In this document: piece by piece, positions 62,568-64,000 of the stretch
How positions within the stretch are numbered: position 1 is the first letter of the stretch
Layout of the letters: each line of letters starts with the position of its first letter
Translations under genes and position numbers: made by a program
The notes under the pieces: generated by a model
Database searches by the model: none
Seen by the model: the letters and a program-made list of their open reading frames with translations, nothing else
Told to the model about the DNA's origin: nothing
Assembly (NCBI RefSeq): GCF_020745735.1
Contig: NC_083406.1
Span: 11,594,001 to 11,658,000, forward strand
DNA: 64,000 bases
From: Hemiscyllium ocellatum
Taxonomy: Eukaryota
Reading direction: 5' to 3'

Positions 62568-64000
62568 GGTCAGAGTGGTGCTGGAAAAGCACAGCAGGTC
62601 AGGCAGCATCCGAGGAGCAGGAAAATCGACGTTTTGGGCAGGAGCCCTTCATCAGGAATGAGGCTGGAAGCCTCGGAGGTGGAGAGATAAATGGGAGCAG
62701 GTAGGACCGGAGATAAGTAGTTGGGAGAGCAATAGGTGGACGCAGGTGGGAGTAAACATGACAGGTCGGAGAGGAGGGTGGAGGGGATAGGTGGGAAGGA
62801 AGATTGACAGGTGGGACTGGTCATGAGGATAGTGCTGAGCTGGAAGTTTGAAATTGGGGGAAGTTGAGGGGAAAGGGGAAATGACGAAACTGGTGAAGTC
62901 CACATTGATGCCATGGGGTTGAAGTGTTCCGAGGAGGAAGATGAGGAGTTCTTCCTCCAGGTGTCGGGTGATGAGAGAGTGACGGTGGAGGTGGCCCAGG
63001 GCCTGCGTGTCTTCGGCAGTCGGGGTGGGGGGGCCTTTTGAAACATTTGGCCACAGAGCCGTAGAGTTGATTGGTGCGGGTGTCCTGGAGATGTTCCCTA
63101 AAGCGCTCTGTGAGGAGGCGTCCTGTCTCCCCACTATAAAGGAGACCGCATCGGGAGCAGTGGTTACAGTAAATGACATTTGTGGAAGTGCAGGTGGAAC
63201 TTTGATGGATGTGGAAGGCTCCTTTGGGGCCTTGGATGGTGGTGAGGGAGGAGGTGTGGGTGCAGGTTCTGCAATTCCTGCAGTGGAAGGGGAAGGTGTC
63301 AGGAAGAGAGGGTGGCTTGTTGGGGTGCATGGACCTGACCAGGTAGTCACAGAGGGAACGGTCTTCGCAGAAGGCAGATAGGGGTGGGAAGGGAAATATA
63401 TCCATGGTGGTGGGGTCCATTTGAGCGTGGTGGAAACGTCAGCGGATGATGCGGTTTATGCGGAGGTTGGTGGGGTGGAAGGTGAGGACCAGGAGGGTAC
63501 AGTCCTTGTTGCAATTGGAGGCATGGGGTTTGAGCGTGGAGGTGCAGGATGTGGATGAGATGCGTTGGAAGGCATCTTCAACTATGTGGGAGGGGAAATT
63601 ATGGTCTTTAAAGAAGGAGGCCATCTGTTGTGTTCTGTGGTGGAACTGATCCGCCTGGGAGCAGATATGGTGAAGGGAGAGGAATTGGGAATACGGGATG
63701 GCATTTTTGCAGGAGATAAGTTGGGAAGAGGTGTAATCTAGGTAGTTGTGGGAGTCGGTGAGTTTGTAAAAAATGTAAGTGTTGATTCACTCGTCATTGA
63801 TGGAGGTGGAGAGGTCCAGGAAGGTGAGGGAGGTGTCAGAGATGGTTCATGTGAATTTAATGTTGGGGTGGAATGTGTGAGTGAAGTTGGTGAATTGCTC
63901 AACCTCCCCATTGGAGCACAAGGTGGCGCCGATGCAGTCATCAATGTAGCAGAGGAAAAGATTGGGAGTGGTGCCAGTATAACTATGGAAGATGCAGGAA
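62568..64000 (-). mobile_element. Long PLE family 1 copy (RT C-terminal half, GIY-YIG, hammerhead), frameshifted, runs off the window
   Basis: YIDDCIG RT motif at ~63928-63950; MASFFKDHNFP..LVLTFHPTNLRI; NVIYCNHCSRCGLLYSGETGRLLTERFREH; hammerhead 62624-62659 with GAAA changed to AAAA. Confidence 0.95.

Overview
Non-coding, repeat-dense eukaryotic DNA, almost certainly from a cartilaginous fish (shark), inferred from HE1/V-SINEs, a SacSINE1-like DeuSINE and HER1-like CR1 LINEs. I found no host protein-coding exon I can support. The ORF track reflects retroelement debris or chance. The window holds CR1, L2, Vingi-like and Rex1-like LINE fragments, several tRNA-derived SINE families, a solo LTR, and about 15 Penelope-like element (PLE) insertions from at least three families. 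The PLEs are the most structured signal. Their 3' ends carry a minimal type I hammerhead ribozyme (e.g. ATTC-CTGATGA-A-GGGC-TTTT-GCCC-GAA-ACGT-C-GAAT). Most insertions have 9-16 bp target-site duplications (TSDs). Many are fold-back inverted duplications in which one arm has a ~35 nt tail and the other lacks it, and the arms' 5' ends cluster at the 5' edge of the ribozyme. One junction holds an 18-nt copy of nearby genomic DNA, and another holds a G-rich 35-bp stutter. Separately there is an unexplained 103-bp near-perfect inverted repeat (54544-55068) and a ~470-bp local duplication. Family names come from my recall of consensus motifs, not from a database search. Boundaries of old elements are approximate.
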